A DNA stretch of 64,000 bases. Origin: an uncultured Clostridia bacterium (GTDB lineage Bacteria > Bacillota_I > Bacilli_A > RF39 > UBA660). Where the stretch lies: assembly GCA_948433435.1 (NCBI GenBank), contig CAOJDX010000001.1:95086-159085 (forward strand), read 5' to 3'. Made by a program: the position numbers and the translations under genes. Numbering within the stretch: the stretch's first letter is position 1; the number at the start of each line of letters is the position of its first letter. The notes under the pieces were generated by a model. It did not search any database and had not been told where the DNA came from. It saw nothing but the letters and a program-made list of their open reading frames with translations. Shown here one piece after another: positions 29,413 through 38,250 of the stretch.

Positions 29413-30732
29413 TTATGGCTTTAATCTAGTAGGTCCTCTAAATAGAAATTGTGTCTCTTTGACACTTGGAATAGCTAATAATAACATAGTAAGGCGATCT
29501 ACTCCTATCGCAAAGCCACCATGTGGAGGACATCCATATTGAAAGAATTCTAAATAAAATTTAACATCCTCATCTAGACCTTTATTTTTGGCATTCTTAC
29601 AAATTTCTTCATAACGATGCTCCCTTTGAGCACCAGTAGTGATCTCTACTCCTTTCCAAATTAAATCGTATCCTTGAAGTTGACCATTTTTATCTCTCAT
29701 ATGATAAAATGCTCGTTTCTCTGCTGGGTAGTCTATTATAAACATAAATTCATGATTAAATTTTTCTTGTGCTAACTTATAAGTTAATCTTTCTGCTTCT
29801 GTTGTTAAATCAGTCTTTTCACTATCATCTACTACATAATTATATCTTTTTTCTAATTCCTTATAAACTTCCTTTAAAGTCATTGTAGGAAAAGGCAAAG
29901 TTGGTACAATTATTTCCTCTCCAAAGATCTCTTTTACTTGTTCTCCGTATTCTTCTTTTAATTTTGAAAGAGCATAAGTAAGCATTTCTGCCTCTAAATT
30001 CATCACATCTTGATAAGAATCAATGTAACTAAACTCTACGTCAAAACTTGTAAATTCTGTAGCATGACGCGAAGTATTGGAATTTTCTGCTCTAAAACTT
30101 GGAGCCACTTCAAATATTTTTTGAAATCCACTAGCCATTGCCATTTGCTTATAAAACTGAGGTGACTGAGCGAGATAAGCCTTATGATCAAAATACTTTA
30201 CTTCAAATACTTCAGCTCCACTTTCACTAGCTGTAGCAATAAATTTGGGAGTATGAATTTCTGTAAAGTTATTATGATATAAATATTCTCTCATATATCT
30301 AATAAACGATGATTGTACTTGAAATAGCAATACATTTTTATCACTTCTTAAATCAATAAAACGATAGTCTAATCTTGTATCTAGATTTACTCCTTCAAGA
30401 TTTTTATAATGAAAAGGTAACTCTTCTTTACTTCTACTTGTTATCTCTATTGTAGCTGGAATGATTTCCATCCCATTTAATTTAACTTTAGGTGAGTCCA
30501 TTAAATTTCCTGTAATCTTGACAGTGCTTTCTAAGGTTAAATTACTAATAAGATCTACCATTTCATGATTTTTCTCTTCACTTTTTTCAATCGTTATCTG
30601 AACTTTGCCAGTTGAATCACGAATGATTACAAATTGAACCCATTGTAAATCTCTAATGTTATCCACAAAACCACTTATAGTTACTTCTTCTCCTAAATGG
30701 TTTTTCAGTTCTTTTATACTTATGTTTTTCAT
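29413..30732 (-). CDS. aspS: short (archaeal/type-2-like) aspartate--tRNA ligase. Asparagine--tRNA ligase cannot be excluded from sequence alone.
   Basis: 439 aa of class IIb aaRS with FRAENSNTSRHATEFT and GGFAIGVDRLTMLL motifs. It sits downstream of hisS in the classic hisS-aspS operon. Confidence 0.6.
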   Translation of the reverse strand: MKNISIKELKNHLGEEVTISGFVDNIRDLQWVQFVIIRDSTGKVQITIEKSEEKNHEMVDLISNLTLESTVKITGNLMDSPKVKLNGMEIIPATIEITSRSKEELPFHYKNLEGVNLDTRLDYRFIDLRSDKNVLLFQVQSSFIRYMREYLYHNNFTEIHTPKFIATASESGAEVFEVKYFDHKAYLAQSPQFYKQMAMASGFQKIFEVAPSFRAENSNTSRHATEFTSFDVEFSYIDSYQDVMNLEAEMLTYALSKLKEEYGEQVKEIFGEEIIVPTLPFPTMTLKEVYKELEKRYNYVVDDSEKTDLTTEAERLTYKLAQEKFNHEFMFIIDYPAEKRAFYHMRDKNGQLQGYDLIWKGVEITTGAQREHRYEEICKNAKNKGLDEDVKFYLEFFQYGCPPHGGFAIGVDRLTMLLLAIPSVKETQFLFRGPTRLKP

Positions 30733-30760
30733 ATTTTCCCTACTTTCTTATTAATAATTC

Positions 30761-32101
30761 TTATTCATGGTCATCACTACAACAATCATCACAGTGACAT
30801 GATTCTTGCATTAAATCATCTATTTGAAAACTATCTTGTTCTGTTAAGTGCTCATCTAAATAGTATATTAGATATTCTACTTCAATTAGTTCCTCTTCCT
30901 TTGTCTTGTTATTCTTAATTTTTAGTTGTCCATTATTCAGATCCTCGCTGTTTAGGATAATTAAATATTTACTATTTAGTCTGTCAGCTTGTTTAAACTG
31001 AGCTTTTAAGCCTCTTTCTGTATATTCGGTATCACATATAAATCCAGCCATTCTAAGTTCTTGAGATAAATAAATTGCATATTTTTTTTCTTCTTCATTA
31101 ACATACATAATAAAGCAATCAAGATAATCTTTAATAGGTACTTTCACGTTTTGAGCTTGAAGTGCCATTATTACCCGATCAAGTCCTGTTGCAAAGCCAA
31201 TGCAGGCAGTATCTGGCCCATCTAATTGCTTTACTAACCCATTATATCTACCACCTCCACCAAGTGCTAGATTACTAACTCCTTCTGTATCTACTTTGAT
31301 TTCGAAAACTGTATGATTATAATAGTCAAGTCCTCGAACTATTTTAGGATTTACTTCATATTCTACCTCTAAAATATCTAAGTATTCTTTTACTTGATTA
31401 AATCTTTTTTGAGATTCTTCATTTAAATACTCAATCGTTGTAGGGGCATTTTTCATAATATCCTTTTCAGCATCTATTTTACAATCAAGAATTCTGAGAG
31501 GATTTTTGGTAATTCTTTCATTACAATCTTCACATAAATCTTTTAACTGTGGTTTAAAATAGTTTACTAAGGCTTCTCTGTAATTATCACGTGATTCTTT
31601 GTCACCTAGGGAATTAAGTTCAACTTTAATATTTTTTAGTCCTAACATTTTATAAATATTAACAGCAACAGAAATGATTTCAGCATCACTTAGTGGATCA
31701 TTACTGCCAAGAACTTCCATACCAAATTGAGTAAGTTCTCTTTCCCTACCAGCTTGTGGCCTTTCATAACGATACATTGTTCCATTATAGTAAACTTTGA
31801 CAGGTAAAGAATCTCCATACATTTTATGTTCGATAAAACTACGGACAATTCCAGCAGTTCCTTCTGGTCTTAGAGTCATTTTTCTGTCCCCACGATCCTT
31901 AAAATCATAGGTTTCTTTAGTAACAATATCAGTTGCTTCCCCTATTCCTCTATGAAATAATTCGCTGGCTTCAAAAATAGGAGTTCTCATATAATTATAG
32001 TGGTATTTCTCCATAACACTATCAATTACTTCTTCAACATACTTCCATATTTTTGCTTCTTTTCCATATAGATCATTTGTTCCTTTTGGCTTTGCTATCA
32101 T
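30761..32101 (-). CDS. hisS: histidine--tRNA ligase
   Basis: It has LGGGGRYNGL and other HisRS motifs, plus an unusual Cys/His-rich C-terminal tail. Confidence 0.9.
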   Translation of the reverse strand: MIAKPKGTNDLYGKEAKIWKYVEEVIDSVMEKYHYNYMRTPIFEASELFHRGIGEATDIVTKETYDFKDRGDRKMTLRPEGTAGIVRSFIEHKMYGDSLPVKVYYNGTMYRYERPQAGRERELTQFGMEVLGSNDPLSDAEIISVAVNIYKMLGLKNIKVELNSLGDKESRDNYREALVNYFKPQLKDLCEDCNERITKNPLRILDCKIDAEKDIMKNAPTTIEYLNEESQKRFNQVKEYLDILEVEYEVNPKIVRGLDYYNHTVFEIKVDTEGVSNLALGGGGRYNGLVKQLDGPDTACIGFATGLDRVIMALQAQNVKVPIKDYLDCFIMYVNEEEKKYAIYLSQELRMAGFICDTEYTERGLKAQFKQADRLNSKYLIILNSEDLNNGQLKIKNNKTKEEELIEVEYLIYYLDEHLTEQDSFQIDDLMQESCHCDDCCSDDHE

Positions 32102-32328
32102 TTGTTCCTCCTCAAAATAAAAAGATGGCCTATTTTAAGGGCGAGTATCCCCGCGGTGCCACCTTATTTGTTACTTATTTACTTTATCGCAGTCATACGC
32201 TTCTATTTATATATAAGTGTCTTCAGCTTTAACAATATCTTTCACCCATTCAATATTTCTCTAAAATCTAAAGCTTACTCTTCTTACATAGAAGATATTT
32301 TTATTATACAATATTTTCTGTTTATTAT
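32102..32328 (-). ncRNA. T-box riboswitch leader of hisS-aspS
   Basis: The minus strand contains AGGTGGCACCGCGGGG (plus 32149..32163) upstream of the hisS start. Confidence 0.65.
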
Positions 32329-33438
32329 CTATTGTTTTTTGATACTTTTTTCCAAAACTTTAATTATCTTACTGCTAGTAATATCTAATTCATTAAAAAC
32401 TTTTTTGTCGAATAAATCAAATTTTTTTTCTTTAAAATACAGGTAAGCATCTTTATGTTCTAAAAAATAAGAACTTAGTATTTGGCCATAACCATATTGC
32501 AAAGTATTAAATAAATCTAAATTGTTCAAAATGGACTCTTTAAATTGAAAACCATTAAGGTTACTATTAGAATACAAATTATTTATTTTATTTTGATTTA
32601 GATTACGATATTTATTATTTATTAAATAAGTATCAGGTAATTCACTTAGTAATAATATAGAAAAAATTTCTTTTAACATTTGTTTTAAATTTTTTCTTTG
32701 TATTTCTTTAACCTCTTTTGAATAGGTTTTATTCTTATATAAGAAATTATATAGTTCTTTTTCCCTATATAAAGAGTTTACTTCTTGATATATCGATTTT
32801 TCAAAATAATTTAGTCGCTTATTTTGAAAGATAGTCATGACATCTTCAATGTGACCTATTTCGTGTACTAATGCTCCTACACTTTCTATTCCATTACTTA
32901 AACCACTATGACTAATAAAAAATGTATTATGATAGTAATCAAAGATTGTCATACCTTTTATTTCTATATCCTGATGTTGACTAATGCTAATTATTCTATG
33001 TTTTTTTAACATATTGCGATATATTTTTAAAGATTCTTGACTATATATTTCATAATAAGTTAATAGAATTTCTCCTAATTCTTTTGGCGGATGATAAGAA
33101 ACTTGACTACTATCTTCCGTGTTATTCTCAATATCTTTTAAATAATTGAAAATTTCTTCAAGAAAACTATGGTGAAAATATTTATTTTGAATAAAATTTT
33201 GGTGAAAAAGATTTAATTTATGTTTTTGATCTTGTAATACTTTTTCGTTGAAATATGGATTTATTCTTTGCAATTTTGCAAAGTTAATATATTCCTCTGC
33301 AAATATAGAGACATAAAATTGATAAAGTGTAATTAGTGATATATAAATTAGTCTAGCCTCTTTTAGAGATTTAGCATGCTCATATTTTCTATACAATAAA
33401 TCTATTTGTTCTTCTAATTTTTTCTTTTCGTTATTCAT
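32329..33438 (-). CDS. HExxH zincin-like protein of unknown family, paralog 1
   Basis: 369 aa, predicted all-helical and cytoplasmic. It has a VHEIGHIED motif and is a tandem paralog of the upstream gene. Confidence 0.45.
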   Translation of the reverse strand: MNNEKKKLEEQIDLLYRKYEHAKSLKEARLIYISLITLYQFYVSIFAEEYINFAKLQRINPYFNEKVLQDQKHKLNLFHQNFIQNKYFHHSFLEEIFNYLKDIENNTEDSSQVSYHPPKELGEILLTYYEIYSQESLKIYRNMLKKHRIISISQHQDIEIKGMTIFDYYHNTFFISHSGLSNGIESVGALVHEIGHIEDVMTIFQNKRLNYFEKSIYQEVNSLYREKELYNFLYKNKTYSKEVKEIQRKNLKQMLKEIFSILLLSELPDTYLINNKYRNLNQNKINNLYSNSNLNGFQFKESILNNLDLFNTLQYGYGQILSSYFLEHKDAYLYFKEKKFDLFDKKVFNELDITSSKIIKVLEKSIKKQ

Positions 33439-33449
33439 TGTTAAACTAT

Positions 33450-34493
33450 CTATATTTTCCTATATTGCTTAACAACTTGATCAGTTACACCATGAATTGT
33501 AAGTCCAAAAGGTTTAAACTCTCCAGAATCACAAAATAAATTTTTTCGTGTATCTAGACTTTGAAAGAAGCCTTCTACCATAAGTTGCTTACTAGAAAGT
33601 AATATATCGCTGAAAATTTCACCATATATATAATTAGTTAAGTATATTAGTTGCTCAATATCTTCGGGAGTGGAACTATTATACAATTTTTTTAATGGCC
33701 CTAGAACACTAATTAGTTTCTCATAATTATAGTAATGCATATTAATTGCCTTTTCTTTTAATTCTGGTTTAGATAGCATGGCTGCTATAAAGTTTTTTTC
33801 TTCATATTTGGCTCCAACCTCAACAAAGTTATTACAACTTCTATATTGAAATAGGCGATGACTATTCTTTATTTTTAACCATTCTTTTAAATGTCTAATT
33901 TCATGAATTAAGGAAACGATCGTTTCTATACTATGATTATTGGATGTTAAAATATAAGATTTATTCAATGGTATAGAAGTTGTTACTAGGGCATCTAAAT
34001 AATCACTGAAGTCAGTGTCATATATTGATTTTTCTTGAATTAAATAATTAAAAAGCTCTAAACTTTCTAAATCATGTAGTTCCTCATAGTATTCTTTGAT
34101 AATCGTATACATTTCTTCCTCTGAGTAATCAGCTCTATTAATTAGATTATAGTTAATATCGACATGTTGTTTGGTATTATTAAGACTGCCTGATATTTCT
34201 TTAGAAAGCAAGTTAAGCATACCATAATTTCTATTCAAGTTTTTAATATTTTTTGAATAGTAACTTTTAATTTTTTGCATTGCTATATATTCACAAATTG
34301 GATTGATATTAATACTTTCTAATTCCTTATTATATTTTTCTATATTATTTGGTATAGCAATATTCTTATTTAGAAAATTAACAAAGGATAGACACTCTGC
34401 CAATCTATCTGGATTTTTTGACTGATTTAATTGTTTAATTCCCTCTTTTATATCATTTTGAATTAACTCAAAATCTTTTGTAAAAATTTTCAT
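33450..34493 (-). CDS. HExxH zincin-like protein of unknown family, paralog 2
   Basis: 347 aa with an IHEIRHLKEW motif and overall architecture similar to paralog 1. Confidence 0.45.
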   Translation of the reverse strand: MKIFTKDFELIQNDIKEGIKQLNQSKNPDRLAECLSFVNFLNKNIAIPNNIEKYNKELESININPICEYIAMQKIKSYYSKNIKNLNRNYGMLNLLSKEISGSLNNTKQHVDINYNLINRADYSEEEMYTIIKEYYEELHDLESLELFNYLIQEKSIYDTDFSDYLDALVTTSIPLNKSYILTSNNHSIETIVSLIHEIRHLKEWLKIKNSHRLFQYRSCNNFVEVGAKYEEKNFIAAMLSKPELKEKAINMHYYNYEKLISVLGPLKKLYNSSTPEDIEQLIYLTNYIYGEIFSDILLSSKQLMVEGFFQSLDTRKNLFCDSGEFKPFGLTIHGVTDQVVKQYRKI

Positions 34494-34568
34494 ATTATTT
34501 TCCCCCTTTAAATAAGCAATACATATTATACACTATTTTCCAAAAAAAAGAAAGCAATATTTGCTTTT

Positions 34569-35627
34569 TTACATTGCTTTTTTTAAATCTTCTACTTTTT
34601 CTTTTAAATCTCTTTTAAAAAAGTTATAAGTTGTTCTAATTAAGAGATATACTGGTAAGGAAGCAATAATTCCTATTACTCCTGCTAGTGTTCCACCCAC
34701 ACTAACAGCCATAATTGTAATTAAAGGATTAACATTGTTAGTTTTGCCATATACTCTAGGAGATATTAAATATCCATCAATTTGGGGGAAAATTACACAT
34801 ATAATCAAAGTTCCAAACAAAGTATAAGGGGCAGTTATGCTAGCTAAAACTAAAGCAATAAGATTAGTAATTAGTCCCCCAAAATAAGGAATTACTGTTG
34901 TGATACAAGCTAATATTCCTAAAATTAGCCAGTTTGGATGATTAACAATTTTAAAAAGAAGTGAATATTCAAAAAATTGAATAATCATAAATATAGTAAG
35001 TCCTTTAACATAGTTTCCGATTTCCATATCTAAACATTTTACATATTTAAATATTCTTTTTGAGGTTCTTTTTAAAAACCTTTTTAATCCGTTTCTCATG
35101 TTATCCATGTAAGCTAAAAAGTAAATGGAAGCGACAAATCCTACTATGATATTTCCAAGGGCTCCAACTGACTTTGAAACTATATCTATAGTTCCATCAC
35201 TAATAAATTTACCGATATTTTTAATTGCTGTATCTAAATAATCTTCAATATTCCCTTCAACTATACCTAAATTTAAATCAAATTTACTGCTAATCGTACT
35301 AGATATTTTAGTAAAGTTTTTAGAAAGTAAAATTAATTGATCATATAGTAATGGTAAAGTGGTAGCAACAATAAAGACAATTATTAGAATTGCTAAAAGG
35401 GTAATTAGTGTTACAGAAAGCCATTTAGGAAGTCCTTTATTTTGTAACCATTTTACTCCTGGACTTAAACTATAGGCAATCGTAAAAGCTATAATAAATG
35501 GTAATATGAGGCGAATAACTTCTCCAAATATATTATACCAAGTGCCAATATTAGTAATTGATATATATAACAGTAACATTAAAGCAGTGACATTAATCAA
35601 ACGATAATTTAATTTATTCTCCTTCAT
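34569..35627 (-). CDS. AI-2E family transporter (UPF0118)
   Basis: 352 aa with 8 TM helices and a PFIIAFTIAYSLSP motif. Confidence 0.8.
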   Translation of the reverse strand: MKENKLNYRLINVTALMLLLYISITNIGTWYNIFGEVIRLILPFIIAFTIAYSLSPGVKWLQNKGLPKWLSVTLITLLAILIIVFIVATTLPLLYDQLILLSKNFTKISSTISSKFDLNLGIVEGNIEDYLDTAIKNIGKFISDGTIDIVSKSVGALGNIIVGFVASIYFLAYMDNMRNGLKRFLKRTSKRIFKYVKCLDMEIGNYVKGLTIFMIIQFFEYSLLFKIVNHPNWLILGILACITTVIPYFGGLITNLIALVLASITAPYTLFGTLIICVIFPQIDGYLISPRVYGKTNNVNPLITIMAVSVGGTLAGVIGIIASLPVYLLIRTTYNFFKRDLKEKVEDLKKAM

Positions 35628-35633
35628 AAATAT

Positions 35634-36068
35634 CTACCTTTCTATAATAATAGATGTTGGGCCAACATTAGAAATATTCACCAACATATCTTCTCCGAAT
35701 ATTCCTGTTGCGATATTAGTATATGCTTCCAATTTTTTATTAAACAATAAATATAATTCTTTACTATATTTTCCACTTAAGGCTTTTACATAACTAGGTC
35801 TATTTCCTTTAGTTGTATCAGCATATAAAGTGAATTGAGAAATAGAAAGAATACTACCTCCATATTCTAATATAGATTTGTTCATTATATTATTTTCATC
35901 TGGAAATATTCTTAGGTTTACTATTTTTTTCACTATATAGTCAATAGTCTCTTCAGTATCATTTTCACAGAAGCCTACTAATACAACTAAGCCATGATCA
36001 ATTTCACCAACAATTTGATTTTTAACAAAAACACTAGCATAATTGCTTCTTTGAATTAATACTTTCAT
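35634..36068 (-). CDS. dtd: D-aminoacyl-tRNA deacylase
   Basis: It begins MKVLIQR with ...LVVLVGF and ends ...SNVGPTSIIIER. Confidence 0.85.
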   Translation of the reverse strand: MKVLIQRSNYASVFVKNQIVGEIDHGLVVLVGFCENDTEETIDYIVKKIVNLRIFPDENNIMNKSILEYGGSILSISQFTLYADTTKGNRPSYVKALSGKYSKELYLLFNKKLEAYTNIATGIFGEDMLVNISNVGPTSIIIER

Positions 36069-38227
36069 TATCTCATAAGCCTTTCTATTTTATCTATATA
36101 GGATTGCTTGTTTAATTCAGAAAATAGTTTATCTAATTGTTTTTTACTAGTTACATAACAACTAATTTGATAGATTGAACAACTAGAGCCACTAACACTT
36201 TTAATTTCATCAATTCCAACTCCTAGCATACTAGCTTTCTGAATAATATCTGCCATATAATTTTCATGCTCGTGACAATATACTAAAATCATTGATAAAT
36301 ACTTTTTATTATTAGAATTATTATTCCAATTCACCTCAATAATTCTATCATCCATCATTTCTAAATTATGACAAGTTACCCTATGAATACTAATTCCGTT
36401 TCCTTTGGTAATATAACCAATAATATCTTCTCCATAGACAGGATTACAGCAGTTAGCAAAATTAACTTTGACCTTATCAATTCCTGAGACAATAATATCT
36501 GTGTCAATATTTGGTTGAGTATTTATTACAATTGTTTTCTTTACAGGTGAATCCTCTTCTAATTTATAAATGACATTAATTACTGTTTTAGAAGAGTGCT
36601 TCCCATTACCTACATTTAAATAAACCTCATTGATATGATCTGTTTTGAATTCTTTTAGAAGTTTTTCAGTATTCTCCTTATTAAAAAATTCATTAATAGA
36701 AAGTTTCCTTTTTCTAAGTTCTTTTTCTAAAGCATCTTTACCTCTTTCAATGTAAATTTCTCTTTCACTTTTACTAAAGTAGCCTCTAATCTTATTTTTA
36801 GTGGCAGTGGATTTTACCATATTAATCCATTCTTTGGAAGGACTAGATGATTTGTTGGTAATAATTTTAATTATATCGTTATCATGAAGTTCATAATCTA
36901 GAGGAGCGATAGAATTATTAACAAGGGCTCCTACTGTTGTTTCACCTACTTCAGTGTGTATCTTATAAGCAAAATCTAAAGGAGTTGCCCCTTTAGGAAG
37001 TTCAAACACATCCCCTTTTGGTGAAAAGCAATAAATATTATTATTTAATACTTCTTCTTTAATACTATTTACAAAGTCTTCACTACTCATTTTATCATTT
37101 GATAAATCAATAATAGATTTAAAAAATTGTAATTTCTGTTCTGTACTAGATTGTAGATTTGCCTTGGTGGAAGACTGATTTTCTTTATAAGCCCAATGAG
37201 AAGCGATACCATTTTCAGCGATTTCATCCATTTCATGAGTACGAATTTGAATTTCAAATAAATATCCATCTATCCCAAAAACTGTAGTATGCAAAGACTG
37301 ATACATATTTGGTTTGGGCATTGCTATATAGTCTTTAAACCTTCTTGGCATTGGTTTATATTTTGAATGAATTAAACCTAGTGCTAAATAGCATTCCTGC
37401 TTCGTCTTTACTAATATCCTCATGGCTAATAAATCATATATTTCACCAAATTTTTTTCCTTTGTCTAATTTATTATAAATGCTATAGATACTTTTGCTGC
37501 GACCTTTCATTTCAAAGGTTATGTTATGTTCTGCCAGTAAACCTTTTACCTCTTCCATCATCTGTTGTACTGTTTGATCTCGTTCTAACTTCGTTTTATT
37601 TAATCTTTCAGCAATGTCATAAAATACATCAGGTTTAATGTATCGAAGAGCTAAATCTTCTAATTCACTTTTGATTTTGTGAATTCCTAAATGATGGGCA
37701 ATTGGGGCGAGTATTTCTAACGATTCATTCGCTTTTTTTACTCTTTTTTCATCTGGTAAAGCCCAAAGAGTGCGCATATTATGTAGACGATCAGCTAGTT
37801 TAACAATTATTACACGAACATCTTCACTCATTCCAACGATAATCTTTTTATAATATTCGATTAAATATTCATTTTCTGTAGAAAAATGCAATCTAGATAA
37901 TTTGGTAACTCCTTCCACTAGCCTAGTAACTTCTACTCCTACAATGTTTTCCATTTCTTCTTTTGTACAATCACAATCTTCTAAAACATCATGAAGAAGT
38001 CCAGCTTGGATTGTTGCACTATCAGCATACACAGTTGTTAGAATCTTAGCAACATTAAGTGGATGGATGATATAAGCCTCTCCACTCTTTCGATATTGTC
38101 CCTCATGTTTTTCAAGAGCTAACTGATAAGCTTTTTCAATTTTTTCTAATTCTTCTGTTGATGTAATGTAGTTTTTTACATCAGTCATTACATCAGTAAA
38201 AGTTATTTTATCTTTTGAATGTGACAT
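36068..38227 (-). CDS. relA: bifunctional (p)ppGpp synthetase/hydrolase
   Basis: It has the HD (HPLNVAKIL...HDVLED), synthetase, TGS and ACT domains. Confidence 0.9.
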   Translation of the reverse strand: MSHSKDKITFTDVMTDVKNYITSTEELEKIEKAYQLALEKHEGQYRKSGEAYIIHPLNVAKILTTVYADSATIQAGLLHDVLEDCDCTKEEMENIVGVEVTRLVEGVTKLSRLHFSTENEYLIEYYKKIIVGMSEDVRVIIVKLADRLHNMRTLWALPDEKRVKKANESLEILAPIAHHLGIHKIKSELEDLALRYIKPDVFYDIAERLNKTKLERDQTVQQMMEEVKGLLAEHNITFEMKGRSKSIYSIYNKLDKGKKFGEIYDLLAMRILVKTKQECYLALGLIHSKYKPMPRRFKDYIAMPKPNMYQSLHTTVFGIDGYLFEIQIRTHEMDEIAENGIASHWAYKENQSSTKANLQSSTEQKLQFFKSIIDLSNDKMSSEDFVNSIKEEVLNNNIYCFSPKGDVFELPKGATPLDFAYKIHTEVGETTVGALVNNSIAPLDYELHDNDIIKIITNKSSSPSKEWINMVKSTATKNKIRGYFSKSEREIYIERGKDALEKELRKRKLSINEFFNKENTEKLLKEFKTDHINEVYLNVGNGKHSSKTVINVIYKLEEDSPVKKTIVINTQPNIDTDIIVSGIDKVKVNFANCCNPVYGEDIIGYITKGNGISIHRVTCHNLEMMDDRIIEVNWNNNSNNKKYLSMILVYCHEHENYMADIIQKASMLGVGIDEIKSVSGSSCSIYQISCYVTSKKQLDKLFSELNKQSYIDKIERLMR

Positions 38228-38250
38228 AATATCACCCCTTTTTTATCCTA

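Noticed and set aside
32102-32446. 114-aa plus-strand ORF overlapping the hisS leader
   Set aside because: The region is better explained as the T-box leader RNA on the minus strand. The ORF has a hydrophobic AT-rich composition.
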